DNA of 64,000 nucleotides from Macrostomum lignano (lineage: Eukaryota). The position numbers and the translations under genes were made by a program. Shown here piece after piece: positions 1 to 10,304 of the stretch (within the stretch, counting starts at the first letter, position 1; each line of letters starts with the position of its first letter). The stretch spans positions 1 through 64,000 of the forward strand of contig NIVC01002120.1 of NCBI GenBank assembly GCA_002269645.1, read 5' to 3'. A model generated the notes under the pieces. That model was not told where the DNA came from. It did not search any database and was given only the letters and a program-made list of their open reading frames with translations.

Positions 1-1474
1 GATTTCCAATGGGAAGATGACCCGATTATTACAAAAAATTCCGAAGGAAGGGGCTGTATTGTAGAGGTGGATTTGCAATATACTCGGAAGCAAAAGCAAA
101 AACATATAAATATCCTTTAGCTCCAGAGCATTGTTCAGTTAATGAAGATGATTTATCACAAACACAAAAAGATTATCTTAAAGCAGATAATGCAAAACAT
201 CTAGCAACAAAAAATTAATATTAAATTTACATGATAAGAAAAACTATGTAGTGCATTATAAGCTTCTACAATTTTATGAAAAGCAGGGATTAAAAGTGTC
301 TAAAGTACATCGAACAATATCGTTTATTGAGGAAGATTGGTTAGCTAAATATATTGACTTTAATTCAAATCAGAGACAGATGTCAAAAACAAATTTGAGA
401 AAGATTATTGGAAATTAATGAATAATGCTTTTTATGGAAAAACGGTTGAAAATATTAGAGATAGAACCCAATTCCATTTAGAAAAGGATATTGATAAAGC
501 AAAGAAATATTTCTCAAAACCTAACTTTAAAGACTTTATAAAATTTGATGATAACTTTATGGGTATTCATATGAGAAATAAAACAACAAAATTTCTTAAA
601 CCAATATTTATTGGAATGGTTGTTTTAGATTATGCAAAGCTAGTAATGTATGAATATTATTATGATGTTATAAATAAAACATGGCCAGATAACTATCCAA
701 TATATGCAGACACCGACAGTTTGGTATTTAAGGTTGAAACAGAGGATCGGGCAAAGCCCGCGAACCAAAGGTTCGATGTCTATAAAGATATGGAAAAAAT
801 TAAGGATACATTGGATACCTCCGACTATCCGGATAACCATCCTTTAAAATCAGATCAAATAAAAAAGTTGTACTTAAAATGAAAGATGAATTAAATAGCA
901 AAATCATAACCGAGTTTATAGCAATAAGATCAAAATGCTATGCATTTAAGGTTTTAGGACAGGAGGGAGAGGTAAAAAAATAAAAGGGGTATCAAGAGCA
1001 GCAGTAAAAAGATAACATTTGATGATTATAAAAACGTACTTTTAGATTACCTTAATACAATTGAAAATTATCATGCTCCACAATATCGATTAAATTCAGA
1101 TAAGCATCAGATGTTTGTCATCGAGACAGATAAAAAAACATTAAGTCCATTTGATGATAAAAGGATATTTAGATGATAAAATTAAAACATATCCATATGG
1201 TTTAAAAGAAGAGATAAAAAATATGATAAAAGATAAAAAACAAAAAGAAGATATAATAAGTAAATATAATGAATACAAAGCGGCAATAAATAATTATTAT
1301 TACGATTGTGATTGTGAATCCGAATGTGATTGTGAATATAATACATTTCTAGAATATGAAAAAGATATAGATAATTATTATTCAACATTTCCAAAAGAAC
1401 TTAAAAAATTAAATAAGGAAAAAGTCTTGAATAACTGGAAGAGATTAACAGAAAAATTACTTATCGGTCTGTAA
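1..1474 (+). pseudogene. polB: Protein-primed family B DNA polymerase, C-terminal part, with multiple frameshifts
   Basis: Motifs NNAFYGKTVEN and YADTDS in ORF 418-882. Reading continues across single-base slips as KMKDEL..ITEFIAIRSKCYAF, then SPFDDKR/YLDDKIKTYPYG (ORF 1151-1474). Confidence 0.9.
745..777 (+). repeat. 30-bp double-hairpin element, copy in polB
   Basis: gat CGGGC-aaa-GCCCG c GAACC-aaa-GGTTC gat. Confidence 0.9.
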
Positions 1475-1815
1475 AAAACTAAAGCATGTAATTGTTTGAG
1501 CAAATCATTAACTTCAATTTCATATATTATTGAGCACCAATTATCCTCACAGTCGGCAGGGTAACTTAAACAATCCTTTATTTTTTTCCTAAGTTTTTTT
1601 ATTTTTCTAACCAATCTATCTATTTCAATTTCAATTACTATTTCAGCATAAACAATATCTTGTCTTAAAAAACGTTTTCTTTTATCTATCTCATATCGGA
1701 TGGGAAACATATCGTCCCCATACTCATGATATTTCTGAGATATAATTATATTTATTTTTTTATTAATATCATTAAGTTCACGCTCTTTAGTGATAAGGAT
1801 TTTTATCGTATCCAT
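1378..1815 (-). CDS. Hypothetical viral protein, 145 aa, Lys/Ile-rich, probably coiled-coil
   Basis: ATG-started ORF in the AT-rich element, converging on the polB end; no recognisable motif. Confidence 0.5.
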   Translation of the reverse strand: MDTIKILITKERELNDINKKINIIISQKYHEYGDDMFPIRYEIDKRKRFLRQDIVYAEIVIEIEIDRLVRKIKKLRKKIKDCLSYPADCEDNWCSIIYEIEVNDLLKQLHALVFYRPISNFSVNLFQLFKTFSLFNFLSSFGNVE

Positions 1816-2726
1816 TTTCTTATAAAAAATTTACTTATTCGTCGTCATCCTCCCAAACAGCCGCCAATTTTACAGTCCTATCACTCTTTTTATTATTTGT
1901 TTGTTTTAGTTTAAATTGCAATCCACCCTCGTTGCAGTATTTCATAACAAACGCTTTAGGTTTATTAATAACTAAAACAGGAAAATTTTTAACATCATCT
2001 CCGCTTAGACATAAAATTTTTTGCCCATCTAATTGTAAAAATATGATTGAAGCCCAATAAATTTAACCTGTCTCAAACATACAATATTATATTCTTTATT
2101 CTCCAACATATTGGGTGTGAGATAATTAATCACATTAGAATCGGTTTTGAACCAGCTCTCCATTTTTAATCTAAAAAAATAACAAAAAAATGAAAGACAT
2201 TTATGTTTGTAATAAATGTAATGTGACTATGCACAGAGGCAAACAGCAAACGGAGATATATATCATATGTGTTATTCATGTTCTAAAATATATCAATTTG
2301 AAAAAACAAAAAAGATTGAAAACTCATATTACTATTTTAAAAACACAATTTTAAGAAATCTTACAAGAGACATTTCTGATCCAATTTTAATTCCCGGAAA
2401 TAATGTTTATTTATATAATAACTTTTTCCATTTAAATAAAGGAAAGGGATTAAGTTCGAAAGACCGAAAGGATTTTAATTTTAGTTGGATATTATTTCAA
2501 TTTTCTTATTCGAGAGAATACAAAGTTTATAAGGATAGGTAACATACCTAACGAAATGTTACTGAAAAAGTCATTGGAATTTTTATGTATTGATAAAAAA
2601 TTTAAACCTAGATCAGAAGAGAGTTACCACTTTGGGAAGAATATATAACATATGCATTAAAAAACTAAACAACATTAAGTTCTACGCACTTCCTGACCGC
2701 GGCTTTGTGCCCCAGTAGCAATAGTT

Positions 2727-3309
2727 TCAGGTTCGTAAATGCCTAATGTTTCTATCGGTGGAGCTTTGGGTTTGTCCAACTTCTTTTAATTCCATATCGG
2801 TAAAAGTTTCAACATCTAAAATTCTATTTCTATCTTTTAAATATTTTTCATATAATTCAACCGCGGTTGATAATTCATGAATCGTTATCTCTCCGTCATC
2901 CAATATTTTTTGCACATATAAATATAATGATTTTTATATTGTTGCAACATCTCTTAAGATTTATATTTTCCTTTCTTTTTTTAAGATATAATTTAATTGC
3001 TAAAAGTATTGATAAGTTTCTGATCAATTCAAAACCTGATATTGAGCCAATTGAAATACCTAAAAATAATTGAGATAAATTAAGAGTTGGAATAGATTGT
3101 AAAATACCTAAAACGATTACACATAACATTGATAAGCTTCCAAATCCAATATTGAAAAAATCCATATTTCTTATATGGTTTGAAACTCTTCTTACTTTTT
3201 TAGTATATAAATCATAATCATAATTTATTCGATCAACATTACTTAACATCTGACCTTTACGTTGGTTGAACCGGTCGCGTTCCCATTTATCTGCTTCAGA
3301 TACCGACAT
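2727..3309 (-). pseudogene. Membrane protein of the element (two hydrophobic segments, then ILDDGEITIHE), split by one frameshift near 2900-2915
   Basis: ORF 2896-3309 holds the TM segments. Overlapping ORF 2727-2915 continues as QKILDDGEITIHELSTAVELYEKY. Confidence 0.55.
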
Positions 3310-3622
3310 TCTCGTCTATTTTTAATAGCACCAAAATGAATTCCCCACGCTCTTTGGGGATTTGTCCCGAGCTCAATAGGTATTGTATTGGAGTTATTCT
3401 TTCTTTTTTCTCCCATTTAAATCCTATTTTCCAAAACTCTTGAAGTATAATATGATTTTTTAATAACTTAATTAATTCTTGAAGCTTCTTATTATCCTGA
3501 ACATTTACAGTACTAAATAAAAATTTGGTATGAGATTTGAATGTTTTTATATTTGATTCTTGTTTAGGAATAGGAATAATAACATTATTTTGCCGCATCG
3601 ATGGAGTTCTACTAAAAGCCAT
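3296..3622 (-). CDS. Hypothetical viral protein, 108 aa
   Basis: ATG in the TATATAAAATG context shared by the element's genes. Confidence 0.55.
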   Translation of the reverse strand: MAFSRTPSMRQNNVIIPIPKQESNIKTFKSHTKFLFSTVNVQDNKKLQELIKLLKNHIILQEFWKIGFKWEKKERITPIQYLLSSGQIPKERGEFILVLLKIDENVGI

Positions 3623-3637
3623 TTTATATATAAATAT

Positions 3638-5682
3638 TTAAGTTATTTCGGTTTGTGGCCGTTCCAAATATGCGGTCGCAGCAAAATCATATCCTGCTGA
3701 TGTGCTACCACAAACGGCTGCACCACGAATAAAATGTGCAGCATCCGATCCTCCAGTTCGAGCACCAAAACCCATAAGAGTTCCCGTTTTATCTAAATTC
3801 CCCAAGTTCCGCTATCATATGTAAAAAAGTTTTGCCCAATTAGCGTATATGTATTAGCTGATACATTGTATGTGCTTATTTGATACCAAACTCTTTGATT
3901 TAAAATATTAATTTCAAAAAGATGCCAATCGCCGTTATCAATATTAGCATAGGTTATAGTTTGATCTGCGTCATTAAGAACATCATTACGAACTGTTGCT
4001 CCGTCTGATTTTATATTGCTCCAAACAACCCCAACTCTATCATGCCATTCACTCGCAAACACAATCAAGCCGGCGCGGGTTGTTAACCCGGATCCAAATT
4101 CACTTGTTGGACGTTCGTGACAATATGCATAAAACCAAACAGCGTCAGCTCCATCTCCTGTAGCATTAGCAACTCGGAAATAGAAGGAGGCGGAGATATT
4201 ACGAAAATGGGTGAAATTAAATTGCAACGCTCCAGACTGACCACTTGCTTCATCAGTAATTCTAACTCCATTTTGATAATCAATATAAGTAGCGCTACCA
4301 ACAAAACTTCCAGTTGGAAAAATATCACCGGCTGTGGTTGGGTTTTGATATCCAGTCCAATTGCAAATTACAGGCTCGTACAAAGCGGCATCGATTGCAG
4401 GTATTCCATCCAATTTTATTTTATCGTTAAAAGACATTCGGCCATCCGCCGTTTGTGTTACTCGCGTATCAACATAACCTTTAGTAACAACAGAACTGTT
4501 ATTGTTTATAGTAGAGATATTAGTAATTGTATTACCTCCCATATCAATTGATTGATTAACCACTCCCAAATTTAAATCAAGAATTGTAAACGTCTGTCTA
4601 TAAATCTGGAAGGTTGACAGACCCGGGTTGGTTGAACCCGAGGTTGATGTAAGACAGAACAATCTGAAATATGAATATGTTTTATCAAAATTTTGTGTGA
4701 CATTAATTGTTTGAGTTGAGTTATTTATTGCTACAGAACTATCCGCAGGTATTAATACGTCCCAACTTGTATTGTCATTACTTCCCTCAAATCGCCATGA
4801 TGCTGGGTGCTCGGTTGAAGGTGATGGCCTACCACGTAAATCAATTTTATAACACATTATTGCGGAAGGGCATTGGACTTGAATCCAATAATCGGTTTGA
4901 GTATTATTTGTTGCCCAATCTGTTGAATCATTTCCATCAAACGCTTTCCAACTTGCAAAATCAGTTGTATTAAATGCAGTGCTTGCGGTTATTGCAAAAC
5001 CATTTCCACTCCAATCTGCCATGGTAGGTATGTGACCAGTTTCAACCGTTTGGAATCGATCTTGTTTTGGGGCTCCACCCCCAACTAAATTATCAACCTC
5101 CGTTTTGGTATAGGAATCAGTTATATCTCTTTTTAAATTTAAGGAATTATCAACTTCAGTTTTGCTATAAGAATCAGTTATATCTCTTTTTAAATTTAGG
5201 GAATTATCAACTTCGGTTTTGGTATAGGAATCAGTTATATCTCTTTTTAAATTTAGGGAATTATCAACTTCAGTTTTGGTATAGGAATCAGCAACATTCC
5301 GTTTTAAATTTAGGGAATTATCAACTTCGGTTTTGGTATAAGAATCGGCCGTATTGCGTTTTAAATTTAATGAATCATCTATTTGAGTTCGAGAATAAGA
5401 ATCAGTTATATCTCTTTTTAAATTTAACCCATTGTCAACCTCTGTTTTTGTATATGAATCGGCTACGTTCCGTTTTAAATTTAGGGAATTATCTATTTGA
5501 GTTTTGGTATAGGAATCTGCAACATTTCTTTTTAAATTTAATTTATTATCAATTTCAGTTTTTTTATAACCTTCATCCTCATTAATATATCGGTTATCTC
5601 CGAATGTAACACTTATTCCACCAGAAGTACCACCACCAGTACTTGATGTTCCGTTCCATGAGGGTGTTCCAGAAAATAACAT
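3638..5682 (-). CDS. Fibre/receptor-binding-like protein: 19-aa repeats, F5/8 type C (discoidin)-like domain, TKGYVD linker, ConA/L-lectin-like C-terminus; one frameshift at about 3800
   Basis: ORF 3793-5682. After a missing G in a G-run the frame continues DKTGTLMGFGARTGGSDAAHFIRG... to TAA at 3638-3640. WKAFDG..T.W..WIQV and WRFEGSND are discoidin-type motifs. Confidence 0.7.
5095..5560 (-). repeat. 57-bp coding tandem repeat, about 8 copies (KRNVADSYTKTEVDNSLNL)
   Basis: The period is visible in both DNA (5111 to 5168) and protein. Confidence 0.95.
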
Positions 5683-5692
5683 TTTTTACTGT

Positions 5693-6163
5693 CTATTTTA
5701 TAGAGTCTAAAATCGTGCCATCGGCACGCATGCTTTGCATGATCATCTTAAATACTTCGGGGTTTACACGAGCTTCATTCGAAAGTCGATATAAAAAATA
5801 CAACGCCGCTTGCCCGCAATAACTTTTATCAAATGTTTGAAATTGTTCGTGATAATCTCCACATAAACGATTTTTAGTATGATTAAATTTATCTTTTATT
5901 TCCTGTAACGGAGGAAGCGCGTATGAATCAAAAAAATAAACAAGTTTTGGTTTTGAATAAACTGCTGACCAATGAACACCATTTTCTTTTGTTGTTTCAA
6001 TATTAACAATGAAACATCCATATTGTGGTAAGTCTTTTATCTCATCTCGCATAACACATCTAAATGGTTTTATTTTTAACTGCCGCGCCCAATTTGTTAA
6101 TTCGATATTGCTTGTTGTGTCTGTTCCATATCTTTGTTTAAAATCATCCCACGTCATGGTCAT
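5693..6163 (-). CDS. Adenain-like cysteine protease (Polinton PRO)
   Basis: NGVHWSAV (His), YFFDSY (Asp), Q..DKSYCG (Gln/Cys) in adenain order. Confidence 0.9.
   Translation of the reverse strand: MTMTWDDFKQRYGTDTTSNIELTNWARQLKIKPFRCVMRDEIKDLPQYGCFIVNIETTKENGVHWSAVYSKPKLVYFFDSYALPPLQEIKDKFNHTKNRLCGDYHEQFQTFDKSYCGQAALYFLYRLSNEARVNPEVFKMIMQSMRADGTILDSIK
5712..5744 (-). repeat. 30-bp double-hairpin element, copy at the protease C-terminus
   Basis: Minus strand: gat CATGC-aaa-GCATG c GTGCC-gat-GGCAC gat. Confidence 0.9.
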
Positions 6164-6164
6164 T

Positions 6165-6377
6165 TTATGTTCCTGAAAAACTTTTGGTTTTAGTTAGTTT
6201 AGTAGGTGTGGGTTTTAACAATTCCTTTCTTATTTTATCAGCTTGTAACTGCCTTAATTTTGCTAGTTCTAGTTCGTAATTATCTTCAGCTTTTTTAACT
6301 TTTTCTGATTGTTTTTTTAGTAAATTATTATTATTATTATCGTGCTTTGCACGCGAACATGTTGTTCGATTACCCAT
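6165..6377 (-). CDS. Small basic protein, 70 aa; N-terminus encoded by a double-hairpin element
   Basis: ATG in TAAAAATG context; sits tightly between the mCP and protease genes. Confidence 0.55.
   Translation of the reverse strand: MGNRTTCSRAKHDNNNNNLLKKQSEKVKKAEDNYELELAKLRQLQADKIRKELLKPTPTKLTKTKSFSGT
6338..6370 (+). repeat. 30-bp double-hairpin element, copy in the small ORF
   Basis: tat CGTGC-ttt-GCACG c GAACA-tgt-TGTTC gat. Confidence 0.9.
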
Positions 6378-6382
6378 TTTTA

Positions 6383-7212
6383 CTATAGGAAACGGACAAA
6401 GTCCGCGAACCTTCGGTTCGATAAAGTTAAATCCTGTTTTATACGTAAAATTACTGTTATTGATTGCCCACCAAAACTTATTAATCTATCGCTTTCATCT
6501 ACAATCCTAATATAAATTGATTGAACATTATATTGATTTAATGGGTAATATATTGGGGTTTGAGGTGATACAATCATTTTCTCTCCAATTGGAACAGCAA
6601 GAAATGGGATGAATAAATAATTCCACGTTGAACCAAAACTCCATTATTATCTGTTATATAACCACCGTTTGAAATGTCGGTTGTTATATTAATTGTATTT
6701 ACTCCACCCTCTATATTTCCAACTGTATCACCGGTGCTTGATGTGGTAACTATTCAGGAATTAAATCCAAGTATGGTTCTGAGTGAATTTGCAATTGTGA
6801 AATCAACCTGATATCCGGATCCTAGTGATAGTGTGAATCTGCCAGACGGTAAATCAACACCTATAACAATTGCTCCTGCTACCCAATCACCATTAGTTGT
6901 TAATTCTCCTTCTATATAAGCATTCAAATCAGTATAGCTATACGCTCCTGGGTTAACGCTAAATGTTGTCCAATTGGCTCCGGAATCTTTAGAATATCTA
7001 AATTGATTATTTGTTGCATTAATTAATTGAGGCATGTTGAAAACCGAAAATAGAATTAAACCTATTTGATAACTTAGGCTTTGATCAAGTTGTAATGGAT
7101 CGCGCAATTGAATCCGTTGCTCGCTGGTTGTCATTATAAACTGTAATGTTGTACTAAATTTTGAATTAGTTCGATCTACCAATTGTTTTATAGCATTTAA
7201 ATTTGTAGTCAT
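6383..7212 (-). pseudogene. Minor capsid (penton) protein, broken by TGA at 6754-6756 and a frameshift near 6610
   Basis: QIGL..FSVFN, NNQFRY, PGAYSYTDLN and TILGF, then VNTINITTDIS, VPIGEKMIVSPQTPIYYPL and IYIRIVDESDRLISF match the Polinton mCP pattern. Position next to the ATPase also fits. Confidence 0.8.
6390..6422 (+). repeat. 30-bp double-hairpin element, copy at the mCP C-terminus
   Basis: aaa CGGAC-aaa-GTCCG c GAACC-ttc-GGTTC gat. Confidence 0.9.
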
Positions 7213-7229
7213 TTTTATAGTGGGAAATT

Positions 7230-7250
7230 AATCGGACGAAGTCCGCGTGC
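7230..7250 (+). repeat. Partial double-hairpin element just past the ATPase stop codon
   Basis: aat CGGAC-gaa-GTCCG c GTGC; the second hairpin is truncated. Confidence 0.75.
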
Positions 7251-8044
7251 TATGTCTCTTCTTCCTCATTATCTTCTTTTATCAAATTTGTTAAAATTCT
7301 ATGTTTCCTTTCTAACCTCGGATTGATATAAATATGTTTGTATTGGCTATCATCCCAAATTTTTTTACACATACTTTTAAATGGTTTTGCATCCAACCCG
7401 GGATTAAATCTAGCGTGAATATTTTGTAGATCATAGTTATCTAAATCAAACATTACACAACAGCTAGCATTCTTTTTTATAATCGATTCTAATTCTCTAA
7501 AGGATTGAGTAAGATAAAAAGCTCCAATTCCATCTCCTCTACCACTAACAAAAATTTCCTTTTGCAATTCTTGATCACCGTCATTAATACAATCATCAAA
7601 AATAATTAGTGTTTTATCATGTTTTGGAATTTGATCATAGGCTAATCGGGTTGATACTCTAACAGTTGGGGCTCGATCGGACGAAGTCCGCGACCCTTCG
7701 GGGCGATCGGTGATGTTTTCTGGCTGTTGTGCCATTGTTTTACATAAATCCTCAATGTCTGCTAGATTAAATCGCGGTTCGTCATCATCCTCATATTGCT
7801 CATATGCTCTTAACATTCTAAACAAGACATCTTTTTTTAATTTGTTTTTTAATCCATGTTTAAGAAATTCATAATATTTTATTCTAGGTTTGTTAGTATA
7901 AATTATTAAATTATTATAGTCTAACATTCCATCTGTTGTTAATAAATCGTAAACAAAGTGTGTTTTTCCTTTACCTGATCCTCCGATTACTAAACAAAGA
8001 AAAGGATCATTTGGAAATATCTTATCGTGTTTTGCCTTTACCAT
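7250..8044 (-). CDS. A32/FtsK-like DNA packaging ATPase, 264 aa
   Basis: Walker A GGSGKGKT, Walker B LIIFDD, and an SGRG...YLTQ motif. Confidence 0.93.
   Translation of the reverse strand: MVKAKHDKIFPNDPFLCLVIGGSGKGKTHFVYDLLTTDGMLDYNNLIIYTNKPRIKYYEFLKHGLKNKLKKDVLFRMLRAYEQYEDDDEPRFNLADIEDLCKTMAQQPENITDRPEGSRTSSDRAPTVRVSTRLAYDQIPKHDKTLIIFDDCINDGDQELQKEIFVSGRGDGIGAFYLTQSFRELESIIKKNASCCVMFDLDNYDLQNIHARFNPGLDAKPFKSMCKKIWDDSQYKHIYINPRLERKHRILTNLIKEDNEEEET
7675..7707 (+). repeat. 30-bp double-hairpin element, copy inside the ATPase
   Basis: gat CGGAC-gaa-GTCCG c GACCC-ttc-GGGGC gat (one mismatch in stem 2). Confidence 0.9.
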
Positions 8045-8095
8045 TTTTAAAGAAATAATTTAAATAGGCGCGATGGTCGGAGACCTGCACTCATT

Positions 8096-9570
8096 TTACA
8101 ATGGCGCGTCCCGAACAATCGTGCCATCAGCTTTAGCAATTGACATATATTCCTCTAGAAACAATACGTGGGCGTCAAGTGCCTGATTACCGGTTTTATT
8201 AATCTCTAACATATAATTAAGTCCAATATTGGCTACGTTTTCTTTCTGTGCCGTTAGATCATAAACAACCACTGGATGAATGTTTAGAAACTCTGTGGGT
8301 GTGTACTGAGGGACGGCATATGCTTCATTTTTGGCATAATCGTGATAATATTTTATAAAATCATTAACATCATTATTTGCAATATTTAGATTAAGAGGAT
8401 CTTTAACCGGATAGTATTGGTCATCAACCTGCAGGCGGATATTCTGAACATTAAACTCGTTAATAGCTGCAGCCGCATTGTCTGTTGCGGTGGCTGCTTG
8501 TTCTGCTATGGCACCGGATTGAAGCCAATATAAATCCCCATTTGCTCTTTTACTCCTTCTATTTGTTATCTTAAACCAAACAAAAATATATCTCACCCGA
8601 CGTTTTGATGTCAGTATTTGCCACTGGAATGAATCCTGGTTATTATTAATGGTTCGCATAAAATGTCGACGATTCAAATAAAATATTTCCTGATCATGCG
8701 TTAACTGATTATCGATGTGTTTTAAAAGTGGGGCTGTTACCTCAATAGTTGGTACGACTAATTGAATTGAATCTATACGAACTGCTATATCGGTTGAAAT
8801 TGAGGTTCCATAAAGTATCCTAGGCTGATATCCACCAGATATTTGCAACTGTATCCCAAATTTTAATCCTTTCCATACCCGATTTGGTGAAAAGAACCCA
8901 AATAGTGGAAAGATTGAAAAGTCTTTGCTCATATGCTGTTGCTGTGGTTAAAACCGCTACTGGGAATTTATTCTGACGAGCTATAAAACCTGTATTAATA
9001 TCTTTTGTATTAGTCATGGTGGTTACAACTGGAACTATGTTTGTATTAAGGTAAACAATTAGCGCTGCAGTATCTGCACCGGCTGCGTTTTGTACATTAG
9101 GGAAAACTACTGCTTGTCCATTACCCCTTATCAGGCATCCACCCAACACTATCACCAACTTGTTTTGATAAATAAGTATAATTTAAATGTTTCAAAACTC
9201 CATTAATCTCTGCGGGGTTTGATGATGTCTCAACCTCAGCACCATTAACAGTTAGTTGAGCTTGGGAAAAACATTTATAAAACCAATCATTTTCTATTAT
9301 TATTCCGGATCGATCTGCGATATCTCCGGCTGCAAGAGCAGTTCCATCATTTCTAGTATACAACCATCTAACGCGGAAAAACGCATTTTTCATATCCAAT
9401 ATAGTGTTGGTTGCGCCGATGTCAAAAGTTACCGTTCCAGTAGTAAAGTTATTTGAATTATCACTTGTTGGTAGGGTATAATTTAAATCTCTTGCTCTGA
9501 CCTCATTAATATACTGTCGGTGCTTTTTGAAATGAAATTTATCACTCCACATAGTTTTTGTTTCAGCCAT
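8096..9570 (-). pseudogene. Major capsid protein (double jelly-roll), about 490 aa, in three frames (slips near 9123 and 8933)
   Basis: ORFs 9121-9570, 8820-9158 and 8096-8932 join. Motifs FSQAQLTVNG..VE, FPLFGF, IQLVVPTI, RYIFVWF, IRLQVDDQYYP and VYDLT. Size and position next to ATPase/mCP fit an MCP. Confidence 0.8.
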
Positions 9571-9604
9571 TTTTTTAAGTTAAAAAAGTTTTTTATGTTA
9601 AAAA

Positions 9605-10276
9605 ATGAGTCAATTTATGGACGTTGATGGAGAGTTAGCGATTTATAAAGAGAAGCAAAGATATTCTGATTTTGTTAGAAATTTACAAAAAAGAAAGTTA
9701 GGAATACAATTAGCGGGTGAAAGATTTGCTGCTCCTTTTGTTAATCCTATTACTGGGAAAATTAGTGAACTAGAAAAAACAGATAAAGATCTTCTGGAAA
9801 AAATTGCTACGAATACTGAGCCAAAAGAGGATGAAATTTTGGATGAGCCGCCTGCTTATGATGTTGATCAAGCTCAATTGAGAGTTGCAGAGATTAGGGC
9901 TGCAGAAAGGGGTGGAGTTGATGAATATCCGAGAGCTGCACCAACTAGTATTGCTGTGACAGATTTAGGTAATAATAATTATCGAATTGGTGGAGTTGAT
10001 AAAAATCGAAATGAACTATATAGAGAATTGGGCGGAGCATATAATATTATTATGAACCCTAGGGTAAAATTTAACCCTGAATTATATACTAGGGATGAAT
10101 TAGTAAGTGCAAAAATTTTTTATGATGAGTTGGGAGTAAGAGCTGTTAAAAATACAAGTTTGTATAAAAGAATTATTATTTCTATAAATAACAAACCAGC
10201 TGTTGGAGAAGGATTTAAAACACCGCGAAAACTTGTTTTAGCTGCTGCGAAAGCTGCTGGACATACTGGAGTTTAA
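9605..10276 (+). CDS. Hypothetical Polinton protein, 223 aa, divergent from MCP
   Basis: Clean ORF with TAAAAAATG start context; function not assignable. Confidence 0.7.
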   Translation: MSQFMDVDGELAIYKEKQRYSDFVRNLQKRKLGIQLAGERFAAPFVNPITGKISELEKTDKDLLEKIATNTEPKEDEILDEPPAYDVDQAQLRVAEIRAAERGGVDEYPRAAPTSIAVTDLGNNNYRIGGVDKNRNELYRELGGAYNIIMNPRVKFNPELYTRDELVSAKIFYDELGVRAVKNTSLYKRIIISINNKPAVGEGFKTPRKLVLAAAKAAGHTGV

Positions 10277-10304
10277 TTAATTGTTAAATTTATTTTTTTA
10301 TAAA

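Noticed and set aside
5095-5560. Regular repeats suggesting a CRISPR array
   Set aside because: Contiguous 57-bp coding repeats with no unique spacers; eukaryotic viral context, no cas genes.
8105-8140. MCP C-terminus (AKADGTI) resembling the protease hairpin copy (RADGTI)
   Set aside because: Only GATGGCACGATT is shared and the stems do not form; could be a relic or chance.
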